Shown: positions 19,959 through 28,891 of the stretch, piece after piece | Layout of the letters: each line of letters starts with the position of its first letter | Position numbering within the stretch: the first letter of the stretch is position 1 | NCBI GenBank assembly: GCA_048885925.1 | Contig: JBHLLG010000021.1 | Coordinates: 7,537 to 45,475, forward strand | DNA: 37,939 bases | Direction: 5' to 3' | Source of the DNA: Candidatus Hermodarchaeota archaeon | Lineage (GTDB): Archaea > Asgardarchaeota > Lokiarchaeia > Sigyniarchaeales > SOKP01 | Translations under genes and position numbers: made by a program | Notes under the pieces: generated by a model | The model's input: the letters and a program-made list of their open reading frames with translations, nothing else | Told to the model about the DNA's origin: nothing | Database searches by the model: none

Positions 19959-21029
19959 GTGTTTCAAAACAATAATTTAAGTATGAGACGTAGAAGAAGT
20001 ATTTTTACCATAATAAAATCCTATTTGTTTTTAATCTTAATTATTGGAATTCTTAGTACACCCTTAATTCTATTAACTTATCATTCATATTCACTGAACT
20101 CAGTTACTCCGCTTGATGAATTTAAAGTACCTAACACGTTTCAAATTCCAGATATCGATATTGATAATTGGACTTTAAATATTACTGGTAATGTGCAAAA
20201 TCCATTAATTTTTTCTTACGATAATTTTACAGACTTACCTACTATTTCAATGAAAGTTACACATCAATGCACATCAATTCCTCTAGGTACTGGAATATGG
20301 CGTGGAGTACCTTTAGAATACTTATTGAATCTAATAGAACCCGGACCTGGTGCTATAGAAGTAGTATTTTTTGCGGTTGATAGTTATACATCTTCTCTTA
20401 CAATAGAAGAAATTATAGAATATGATGTGTTCCTTGCCTACGAGATAAATGGAGTGCCTTTACCTCCCGATCATGGATTCCCATTACGAGTTGTGGCTCC
20501 TTATCACGTAGGATACAAATGGGTTAAATTTGTTGAACGTATTGAAATAGTTAATTACGATTATAAAGGTTTTTTTGAATCTCGTGGATACAGTGATGAT
20601 GGATTACTTTCTATTGCTATAGATTGGAGATATCATTCTTATATCTTAGCACTATCATTTCTTATAGGTGGATTGTCTGCAATATCCGGATTGAGATACA
20701 CTAAGAGAGGGAAAATTTTCCATAAATTACCCAAATTTGTTAATATGAAATTTCACATCTTTACAGGCATGCTATTTATATTTGCTTCAATATTGACTTT
20801 TATTTCATGGCTAGATAAGACTTTTACTTTTCAAGGAAAGATTTTTTATACACCCCATGGAATATTAGCACTTATTGCTATAATTTTTTTAATTTTAAGC
20901 TATTCTTCTGGAGTTGGAGAATATTTTCTTAAATCCAAGAAATCACTCTGGCATAAGAATTTAAGTTATTTAGCTATTCTATCCTTTTTAATTTCAATCA
21001 GCGTTGGGTTGATATTAATATTTATTTAA
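19959..21029 (+). CDS. Sulfite-oxidase-family (MsrP/YuiH-like) molybdopterin oxidoreductase fused to a 4-TM His-containing domain
   Basis: WTLNITGNV, HQC, WRGVPL, HGFPLRVVAP, GYKWVK, GFFESRGY, then four TM helices each carrying a His; start may be ATG at 19983. Confidence 0.85.
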   Translation: MFQNNNLSMRRRRSIFTIIKSYLFLILIIGILSTPLILLTYHSYSLNSVTPLDEFKVPNTFQIPDIDIDNWTLNITGNVQNPLIFSYDNFTDLPTISMKVTHQCTSIPLGTGIWRGVPLEYLLNLIEPGPGAIEVVFFAVDSYTSSLTIEEIIEYDVFLAYEINGVPLPPDHGFPLRVVAPYHVGYKWVKFVERIEIVNYDYKGFFESRGYSDDGLLSIAIDWRYHSYILALSFLIGGLSAISGLRYTKRGKIFHKLPKFVNMKFHIFTGMLFIFASILTFISWLDKTFTFQGKIFYTPHGILALIAIIFLILSYSSGVGEYFLKSKKSLWHKNLSYLAILSFLISISVGLILIFI

Positions 21030-21127
21030 TGAAAACTAATTTTTTAATTAATTTCAAAAAAAAATATAAAAGTATAAATTTAATTTACTTGATTTAAGAG
21101 AATTCTTGACTTATTCATGCTTTTATA

Positions 21128-21340
21128 TTATTCTTCCTGTATTTTTTTAATAAAAAGTTTCAAGGTTTCAACAATTCCTTCAAATACCGCTAAATCAAAA
21201 CTGTCAAAAAGAGACACCAGATGATTAACTCCAGCTACTTCTTTATCACATGTATGACCAAAACGGGGAGCCCTGCATTCATAACAAACATTTAACGCAA
21301 AGACTTGAAGATTTTTTTCGTTCAATTCTTTACCGTTCAT
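21128..21340 (-). CDS. Small Cys/His protein, unknown function
   Basis: GAGGTGA ribosome-binding site upstream; CYEC...HTC motif. Confidence 0.65.
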   Translation of the reverse strand: MNGKELNEKNLQVFALNVCYECRAPRFGHTCDKEVAGVNHLVSLFDSFDLAVFEGIVETLKLFIKKIQEE

Positions 21341-21486
21341 GAATTTCTCACCTCAATTATCATATTAAAAATTCAATATGCTAGTTTAAAAAATAAATAC
21401 CAAGATATTGAACATCTTTGTTAAAACAGATTCACAAATTGCTTAAAAATAAAGATTAAAAAATAAAATTAAGAAAAATACAAAAT

Positions 21487-22215
21487 TTAAGGTAAAGTTA
21501 CTTTTCCACTAGACTCATCAAGTTTTAAAATTCCCTTAACAGCTAACTGCTTTATAGTGCGAACAGCCATTATTGGTGGTACGTCAAGGAGTTTCTTTAA
21601 ATCATCCAATTTTGCTTCGCCTTTGTCCATAATAGTAGCAATGATGTCTACTTCATGGATCTCCTCATCAGAATTTTCGATTAAAAAGGATGTAAAGAAA
21701 TTCTTTTGTCTCATTTGATTAATCCGAGCTTCTAGATCATCCATCTTATTCTGGTAAGCTTTTCTTAACTCTGCTTCCCGATTCTCATTTTCAACTGCTT
21801 TTTGATCAAATTCTGTTTTTTCTTCTTCCTTAGTAGCAATCTTTTCATTTATAGATGCGAGTTTTTCCTCAAGCTGTGTAAGTTCGAAGGCTGGTTTCTT
21901 TAAATCATTAACACTAGTTTCTAAATTATTGGTCAATTCAGAAATTTTAGAAGTTAATTCGTCTTTTTTAGTTTTTAATCCTTCAATTGTTTTATCTAAT
22001 TCTTCTGATTTTGTCCTTAATTCTGTTAATTCTGAATTTTGACTAGTCAGTTTTTCTTTAATGCTATCTTCTTCTTTTTGTTCAACTTGCATAAAACGCC
22101 ATGCTTCTTTTAGCTGAGAAAGTACTTCTTCATTATGTTTTTGCAATACTTGCCAATAAGTATCATAAGCAGTCTCAAATTGTTCAATTAGAGCTAAAAT
22201 TTCTTGTGATCCCAT
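21487..22215 (-). CDS. Coiled-coil protein with C-terminal winged-helix-like domain
   Basis: ~170 aa heptad-rich region followed by KLDDLKKLL...AVRTIKQLAVKGILKLDE..GKVTL. Confidence 0.75.
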   Translation of the reverse strand: MGSQEILALIEQFETAYDTYWQVLQKHNEEVLSQLKEAWRFMQVEQKEEDSIKEKLTSQNSELTELRTKSEELDKTIEGLKTKKDELTSKISELTNNLETSVNDLKKPAFELTQLEEKLASINEKIATKEEEKTEFDQKAVENENREAELRKAYQNKMDDLEARINQMRQKNFFTSFLIENSDEEIHEVDIIATIMDKGEAKLDDLKKLLDVPPIMAVRTIKQLAVKGILKLDESSGKVTLP

Positions 22216-22961
22216 TAGAAATCAACCTCCCCTTTTAAGGTTACTGTTCCTGTTGCCTCATTATATTCTATTGGTCCATTTTTTTGAACCATTGTCTTTA
22301 ATATATTTTTTGCTACATCTTCTCTTAGACCCATTGCCTGGACAATAGCCTTTAGCTCAAGAGTTGTATTCGGTTGTAATGCTTGTATAAGTTTTAACTG
22401 GGCTGATTGTATATAACCAGCTTTGATTAAAGATTTCATAGCTGCAGTACGCATCGCATATGAATTACTAAACTTCTCTTTTTTAAGATACTGTACTTGG
22501 AGTTCCTCTTCAAGTTCTTTCATTTTATTATCGAATTTTTCTTGGATATCTTTAAGCTCTACTATTCTTTTTTCTAATTCTCCTAATCGATTACTTCGAG
22601 TTGCTAATTCCTCTCTTCTTGCTGTAATTTTTGCTTGAGTATCATTTAATTCTTTTTGAGTATCTTGTATTTTTTCGAGTAAAGCTTGACGCTTATTTGT
22701 CAGATCTGAATTCCCTTCTTCTAATGAAGCTATATCTCGTTGATTTTGAGATATTTTATTCTTTAAAGAATTAATCTCATCATCATTAGTATCAATTGTC
22801 TTAAGATCCTTAGTTTTAGCTTGTTCAAGTTTTCCAATTTGTTCAAGTAGATTAGTCGGTTGAGCTTGCAATTTAGGAACTGAATTTGAGTTTAACCCAT
22901 TTAACTCTTCAATAATAGAAAATATTTTTTTTAAAGATGATTTTGTTTCAGTTAGAGTCAT
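22215..22961 (-). CDS. Coiled-coil protein with C-terminal winged-helix-like domain (partner/paralog)
   Basis: Heptad-rich region followed by LKAIVQAMGL...AKNILKTM...IEYNEATGTVTL; TAATG overlap with the next gene. Confidence 0.75.
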   Translation of the reverse strand: MTLTETKSSLKKIFSIIEELNGLNSNSVPKLQAQPTNLLEQIGKLEQAKTKDLKTIDTNDDEINSLKNKISQNQRDIASLEEGNSDLTNKRQALLEKIQDTQKELNDTQAKITARREELATRSNRLGELEKRIVELKDIQEKFDNKMKELEEELQVQYLKKEKFSNSYAMRTAAMKSLIKAGYIQSAQLKLIQALQPNTTLELKAIVQAMGLREDVAKNILKTMVQKNGPIEYNEATGTVTLKGEVDF

Positions 22962-23056
22962 ACTAAATTCTCTTTTAAAAATAGTTTTTTTAAACTTTAT
23001 AAAATAATAGTGGGAATCTTATTAAATTTTGATTTTTAGTTATGGAAAAATAAGAA

Positions 23057-23935
23057 TTAAACTTCTTTTGATATGTCTTTAATAAATTTTTCTTTACTTA
23101 CAGTGCCATATGGGAGATTTCTACGTTCGATAACTATATTTAAATTCTCTATTATTTTTTCTGCTAAGTAATTGAAATTAAAAGGAAAAGTTGGATTCAT
23201 TTGGTAATATTTCCTTAGAAAAATGTTAATTAAGTCTATCTTATGTTTTGGTTCCTCCATTTCAAAAAGTCCTGGATCTGTATCGAGAAGAGATGTACAA
23301 ATCCATGCTAAATCGTCCATATGATTACCTTCATAAGAATCTTCAAAATCAACAGCATATAAAATATCATTCGCAGCATCGTAAATGAAATCCCTCAATC
23401 TAGTATCCCCTTTACACAATACATATTTCTTTTTTGCTTTATATCTTTTTCTTACGAAATTCTTTTCATGTACTTGAGCAAGATATTCAGCAAGTCTTTC
23501 TATACTGTGAATAATCTGAGTTCTTGTCTTAGAGTCTAAACCATCCAATTCTTTTGCTGGTTTTAACTTTTCATTAATAAAATCACATAAATTCATTCCA
23601 TTGACTTTTTCAAGGATCAAGTAAGGTTTTCGGAAAAATAAAATTCTAGGAACGTTAAATTGCTGATTTCTCAATCTGGTTAATATATTTATCTCATTTG
23701 CGATATTTTTTGTCTTAAAAATCTTTATAATAAAATCATTTGGTAATTTATGAGGTTTTTTATCGAAAATAAGATTAATAACAGAATTTTTTTTGCTCGG
23801 GAGTTCTGTTATTTTGAAATTATTTCCGTGGAGTTCGGGGATTTGTTCTTTTAAATCTCTAATTAATTTGCTTTTAATTTTCTGTAGATCCATTTTCTGA
23901 TATTTAATATTAATATTGAATCTCTTATAAAGCAC
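23057..23935 (-). CDS. Protein-kinase-like (APH/RIO/Bud32-type) phosphotransferase
   Basis: IIKIF, NEINIL, VPRIL, LILEKV, catalytic-loop variant KGDTRLRDF, VDFE, DDLA; start may be the internal ATG (MDLQK). Confidence 0.75.
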   Translation of the reverse strand: MLYKRFNINIKYQKMDLQKIKSKLIRDLKEQIPELHGNNFKITELPSKKNSVINLIFDKKPHKLPNDFIIKIFKTKNIANEINILTRLRNQQFNVPRILFFRKPYLILEKVNGMNLCDFINEKLKPAKELDGLDSKTRTQIIHSIERLAEYLAQVHEKNFVRKRYKAKKKYVLCKGDTRLRDFIYDAANDILYAVDFEDSYEGNHMDDLAWICTSLLDTDPGLFEMEEPKHKIDLINIFLRKYYQMNPTFPFNFNYLAEKIIENLNIVIERRNLPYGTVSKEKFIKDISKEV

Positions 23936-23998
23936 ATAATTACTGCCATATTTATAACTATTTATAAATAGATATAAACAAAAAAATAGTTTAATATT

Positions 23999-24655
23999 CT
24001 AACTTTCTAAATTCTTTATCTTTTTGACCAAATCATTGAGATATAAATTACCCATGCCCAATTTTACTAATTTGGAGAAAAATAAAACCAAGGCAAATCT
24101 TATCCCTTGGATTTCAATATAATTTGAACATATTTTTTGGTTATTCTCTAATTCAAGATACATTTTCTTTAAATTACTTAATTTTTTTTCGCTTCGAACT
24201 TCAAATTCTTTTATTATTGAAAAAAGTGTATTACTCGGCAACGATGAATATAAAACATTTCCATCAATAGTAAACATTCCACTACCCAAAATTTCTTTAT
24301 CATCAACATAACTTCTTAATAAGTTGATAATCTCTTGAAATAATGGCTGTGAACTAAGACTAATTGCTTGATCTTCTTCTTCACCCACTTCAGTACTTAT
24401 ACTCTCATAAAACTCCATATGAGAGAATTCAAAATCAACTTTTTGGTATCCACGAACAATAAAGTTCTTATCTACAAAAGATTGAAAACTATGTTCGCAT
24501 ACAGCCCCCGAAGGGATAGAAACGGTAGTTAATTGTTTAGCGTGATTAATAATTTTCGTAGGTACTCGTAATGCTTTTTTACTTTTGCAAGTAGGACATA
24601 CTACTTGGATTTCTTGATAAGTTTCTTCAGAATTTAAATTGTTACTCTCAATCAT
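23999..24655 (-). CDS. Zn-ribbon protein with C-terminal roadblock/longin-like domain
   Basis: CPTC...CEH near N-terminus; ILGSGMFTIDGNVLYSSLP pattern in the C-terminal half. Confidence 0.6.
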   Translation of the reverse strand: MIESNNLNSEETYQEIQVVCPTCKSKKALRVPTKIINHAKQLTTVSIPSGAVCEHSFQSFVDKNFIVRGYQKVDFEFSHMEFYESISTEVGEEEDQAISLSSQPLFQEIINLLRSYVDDKEILGSGMFTIDGNVLYSSLPSNTLFSIIKEFEVRSEKKLSNLKKMYLELENNQKICSNYIEIQGIRFALVLFFSKLVKLGMGNLYLNDLVKKIKNLES

Positions 24656-24793
24656 TTGTATCTAGTGTTCTACATTAGTGAAAGTATTTATATATATGAT
24701 ATAATTTTAGCTCTTTATAAATTTACTACATAAAAAATAAGTCAGAGAGGTATGATTTAAAAATATTTTCAATAATAATGGTTTAGTACATAT

Positions 24794-26365
24794 TTATGAT
24801 AACGAGAATTCTGGATCAGCATAATTCAAGTCTAGAAATGCCTTTTTTCTTGTACGACAAGAACTGCATTCATTACATGGTTTACTTCCATCACTATAAC
24901 AACTCCATGTAACTTCTAAAGGGACATTTAACTCTTTAGCTAGTTGAATTACCTGACTTTTTGTCATATTTTCCAATGGAAACAACAATTTTACAATAGT
25001 TTTATCTTTATTATGCTTACCATCGTTGATCAATTTCTCTAAGGATTTGAAAAAATTTTGAGTAGTATCAGGAAACTTTAGAGGATCGGCTGTTATATGT
25101 CCGCCTATTATATATTTACACCCATAAATTTCAGCAAAATAAGCTGCTGTTGCGTAAAAAACAAGATTTCGTGCTGGAATAAACCCTTCAGGAGCATAAA
25201 CAGCGCTAGGAATAGGAAATCCTTCAATCCGTAAATCAATTGCTTCTTTTATATAAGGGATCGGGATTTCAATGAATTTAATATTGAGACTCTCTGCTAA
25301 TTTTAAAGCTGCCTTTTTTTCATTTTCCGGTCGAAAATGGTAATTAAATGATAGGGCTATTAAATCGTATCCCTTATTATATGCCCAGTAAAGCGCAGTA
25401 GTAGAATCTATTCCTCCAGATAATAAAATTATAGCTGAATTTGTTTTAGTTTCTTCAGAAAAATTCAACTTTGATATAACAGCAGCTTTTACCGCATCTT
25501 CTAAATCTGATAACTTATAACCTAACGCTTCGGCAGTGATATTATCATTTGAGGTAACATCACTCTTCATTACATCAACCATCTCTTTACATATTCCAAA
25601 TATTTCTGGAGCTTCTTCATAACTTATATGATTAATTCGTGGTTTTGGAACATTAAAACCCAAATCAACCATAATTTTAACAATCATTTCAATTAGATCA
25701 ATCATGTTAACAACTTTTGGACCAACAAGATCATAAATTTGATTATGCTTTCCAATTCCATCCGCAGCAGCTAAAAATGCTTCAACGGCATTCTTAACAA
25801 ATATCGGTTGCATAGGAGCATTACCAGTTCCAGCTACTTGAACTACTCCTTTTCCTATTTGATCTATTAGATCTGGGATTAATTCATCATTAGGTCCCAA
25901 AATATATGATGGTCTAAAAATTACATGACGTATTTTACTTTCTTTAAGTAACTGTTCAGCAGCCAATTTAGAGCGAAAATATTCATTATTAGCCCATTCT
26001 TCAATCCCATATCTATCAACCCCTAAACCTGAAGGGAACACGATTCTAGAGACATTTTCCTCTAATGCTGCTTCTATTAAAACACGCATTCCCTCAATAT
26101 TAACCTTTTCAAATATTTCTTTCGAACCACACACTACACCTCTAAATTGCATTACAGCTTTACACCCTCTTAAGGCTTCCTTTAATGAGTCAAGATCAAA
26201 ATTTTTAATAATAATTGCCTTGGCTCCAAGCTTCTCCACTTCTTTAGCTGCTTCATCTCTTCGCACAATACCTACAACATCCCATCCCCTCTGAATAGCT
26301 ACTTTAGTCGTGTGGAGTCCTAAATATCCATTAGCTCCAGTTATAGCTAATTTCTTATATTCCAT
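24794..26365 (-). CDS. queC: Fusion of NAD(P)-binding SDR/epimerase domain and 7-cyano-7-deazaguanine synthase QueC
   Basis: N-terminal TGANGYLG, YFRSK, FRPSYILG; C-terminal LLSGGIDS, FIPARNLVF, FPD, TWSCY...PCNECSSC. Confidence 0.88.
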   Translation of the reverse strand: MEYKKLAITGANGYLGLHTTKVAIQRGWDVVGIVRRDEAAKEVEKLGAKAIIIKNFDLDSLKEALRGCKAVMQFRGVVCGSKEIFEKVNIEGMRVLIEAALEENVSRIVFPSGLGVDRYGIEEWANNEYFRSKLAAEQLLKESKIRHVIFRPSYILGPNDELIPDLIDQIGKGVVQVAGTGNAPMQPIFVKNAVEAFLAAADGIGKHNQIYDLVGPKVVNMIDLIEMIVKIMVDLGFNVPKPRINHISYEEAPEIFGICKEMVDVMKSDVTSNDNITAEALGYKLSDLEDAVKAAVISKLNFSEETKTNSAIILLSGGIDSTTALYWAYNKGYDLIALSFNYHFRPENEKKAALKLAESLNIKFIEIPIPYIKEAIDLRIEGFPIPSAVYAPEGFIPARNLVFYATAAYFAEIYGCKYIIGGHITADPLKFPDTTQNFFKSLEKLINDGKHNKDKTIVKLLFPLENMTKSQVIQLAKELNVPLEVTWSCYSDGSKPCNECSSCRTRKKAFLDLNYADPEFSLS

Positions 26366-26589
26366 TTTCTGGGCATCCTCAAATTTCTTATAAAAAGTAA
26401 ATTTCCTTTTTCATTTTAAGATAATTATTATTTTTTATTGAAATCATTTTTCTAAGAAAATATATTTTATTTTTTAAGAAAACCTCTTTCATATTTATTG
26501 TTTTAAAACATAAAATATAAAAATAGCAAAGAGCTTGTACTATACAAAAATAGTCAAAGCAAAAAAATAACAATAGGGGAAATCTACTT

Positions 26590-27045
26590 TTGGGATTTAA
26601 AGTAATTGTAGAATCAACAGATGCTAAGTTTAGTGCAAGTCACTTCTTAAAAGAACCTCTTCAATGTACACGGCTCCATGGGCATAATTATTACGTTCAT
26701 GTTGAAGTAGGTGATGTTCTCGATAAAAATCATTTTGTTGTAAATTTTGCAGATCTAAAGGAAAATTTAATGACAATAATTAAACCTATGGATCATTATG
26801 TTTTAATACCAACAGAATCAAATGAATTAGATATACAAGAAGAAAAAGATTCCATAGAAATTGTAGCATCTAATAAAAGATATGTTTTCCCCCGAGAAGA
26901 CGTTTTTTTTTTACCTTTACCTGCCACCACAAGTGAACTTTTAGCTAAATATATTCACGACAAATTAAAAGAAATATATAGAAATAAAAAAATTCTGGTA
27001 AGAGTAGGAGAAAGTAAAAGTACTATGGCTGTGTTTGAAGAATAA
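26590..27045 (+). CDS. queD: 6-carboxytetrahydropterin synthase / PTPS family
   Basis: FSASH, CTRLHGHNY, MDH, TSELLA, VGES; divergent from queC. Confidence 0.88.
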   Translation: MGFKVIVESTDAKFSASHFLKEPLQCTRLHGHNYYVHVEVGDVLDKNHFVVNFADLKENLMTIIKPMDHYVLIPTESNELDIQEEKDSIEIVASNKRYVFPREDVFFLPLPATTSELLAKYIHDKLKEIYRNKKILVRVGESKSTMAVFEE

Positions 27046-27170
27046 GTTAAAATCTCCATAAACTTGATTTTCACCTAGAATTAAATAAAATTGAACATGT
27101 TCACAGAAATTAATATATTTTTTATAAAGTATTAAAAATACAATTAAAAACATATATTTATTTCATTTTA

Positions 27171-28067
27171 ATGATGATTGAGAAAACATATAAAATAGGA
27201 GTGTTCTATGGCACTGGTCCAGAAACAGAAATGTTAACTCAAAAGTTCGTTGGTAATCTCATTAATAATGAAGAATTTTGTAAAGCTTGTGAAGTTTTAG
27301 AACAAAATGTAAAATGCGATAAATGTCGTGAATATGTTAAGAGTTTTGCTAATTCAATCTATTTTTATGAGAAATTAGGTGAAAATGCTCCTGATTTTAT
27401 TGAGGAACCAGAACAATATCTTCCGAAAAATCTCCCTCCTGTTGACTTTTTAATGGTTGTAGGAATTCACCAAGATTTACTTTCTGGTCTTCCTGATTAC
27501 TTAAAAAATAGTAAAGTAAAGGCTGTTATTGTTCCAATAGAAGATCCTAAATGGGTACCAGCTGGTCTTCAAGTTCAAGTCTTAGAAGGATTTGAAAAAT
27601 TTGGTATTCAAGCAGCCTTTCCTAAGCCTTTTTGCTCCTTAAGTAAAGAGATAAATGAATATAACAAAATTGGGTTTCATTTAACAAAAAAACATGATTT
27701 TATCGATAAATTTATAGATTATTTTAAAATTGGTGAACCAATTGTCTCGTTTCTCTTAAGTAAGGATGGAGAATCTATTGAAGATACATGTGTCATTCAA
27801 AGTGCTCCATGTGGAAGCAGTTATTATGTTTGCCAGCAATTAAAATCAAAATATTTTAAGAATGGAAGAAGTGGAGATCTTTCTTTAAATGAAAGGATAA
27901 GTAAAGCTCATCATGCTTATCCATGTAATGCTTCAATGGACCAAGATTCTATATTAAAGGATTCAATACTGCATGTTGGAGGATACTTGATTAGAAATGC
28001 AATTAGGAGAGATCTAAACCTCGAAGAACAAGAAGGTCAAAAACTAGTTTATGTCATAAAAAAGTAA
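27171..28067 (+). CDS. DUF166-family archaeal protein
   Basis: PEQYLP, IHQDL, PKPFCSL, SAPCGS, HHAYPCNASM. Confidence 0.8.
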   Translation: MMIEKTYKIGVFYGTGPETEMLTQKFVGNLINNEEFCKACEVLEQNVKCDKCREYVKSFANSIYFYEKLGENAPDFIEEPEQYLPKNLPPVDFLMVVGIHQDLLSGLPDYLKNSKVKAVIVPIEDPKWVPAGLQVQVLEGFEKFGIQAAFPKPFCSLSKEINEYNKIGFHLTKKHDFIDKFIDYFKIGEPIVSFLLSKDGESIEDTCVIQSAPCGSSYYVCQQLKSKYFKNGRSGDLSLNERISKAHHAYPCNASMDQDSILKDSILHVGGYLIRNAIRRDLNLEEQEGQKLVYVIKK

Positions 28068-28119
28068 TATTTGGTTTTAGTTTAATCATTCAAGAAGCTA
28101 TTTATCTAAACATAAGTGA

Positions 28120-28884
28120 TTAACTTGATGCTTTGTATTGATAGTACTGGAGATTAGTTTGTATTCCTTCTATTGCAATAGCGGCATAATATTTATCTTC
28201 AGGAAATAAATCAATTATTGTCCAGAAATTAATCTCATTCATCCGAAATATTTTACTGATTCTTCTTGTAGGATATTTTTTATCAACAAGGACGCTAAAT
28301 TCATTAAGGGGTTCTGACAATCCAGTTCCTTTGGCTTTGATGAATGCTTCTTTACGTACCCAACATGTGTAAAAGAAATGTTCTTTTTGTTTTTTAGGTA
28401 GAGAGTTCTTAATCTTTATTTCTAGGTCTGAGTAACATTTACTACCAACAAGATCACAATCGATATTTCTATTAAATTGTTGGAGATCAATACCAACTTC
28501 TTGATTACGTGCAATAGCATAAAGAGCAATATTACCTGAATGAGATGTACTAAAGAATAATGGTTTAGTGTTATAATTATATTTTAGGAATGGTTTTCCA
28601 TATTGATTATACGTAAAGACTATATTTTTTGGGTCATCATCTAAATATATACTTAAGATATGTCGAAGTATTCCCCTTGAAGCAATATGCTTATTTTTGT
28701 CTTTATTAAACCTATAACTCTCAAATTTTAATCTCTCAGCAGCTGATAAGACATTTTTGTATTTTTGAAGTTGCTTCTTAGAGATATTCAGGTTGGCTTT
28801 CCAAACATGGACTTTATTATTAAGCTGTGTCTTTGTAGGTTGTGTTTGCATCCAGATATTTTGCTCTAAAATTTTCGTGTACAT
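28120..28884 (-). CDS. sfp: Sfp-type 4'-phosphopantetheinyl transferase
   Basis: YGKP, FSTSHSG, VGIDL, WVRKEAFIKAKGTGL; starts 7 nt after the NRPS stop. Confidence 0.92.
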   Translation of the reverse strand: MYTKILEQNIWMQTQPTKTQLNNKVHVWKANLNISKKQLQKYKNVLSAAERLKFESYRFNKDKNKHIASRGILRHILSIYLDDDPKNIVFTYNQYGKPFLKYNYNTKPLFFSTSHSGNIALYAIARNQEVGIDLQQFNRNIDCDLVGSKCYSDLEIKIKNSLPKKQKEHFFYTCWVRKEAFIKAKGTGLSEPLNEFSVLVDKKYPTRRISKIFRMNEINFWTIIDLFPEDKYYAAIAIEGIQTNLQYYQYKASS

Positions 28885-28891
28885 ATATTTC

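Noticed and set aside
24794-26365. QueC as part of an anti-phage system (QatABCD, type IV CBASS, Dpd)
   Set aside because: No partner defence genes nearby; queD adjacency fits preQ0 synthesis
26388-26573. 61-aa ORF between queC and queD
   Set aside because: Low-complexity translation of an AT-rich divergent promoter region
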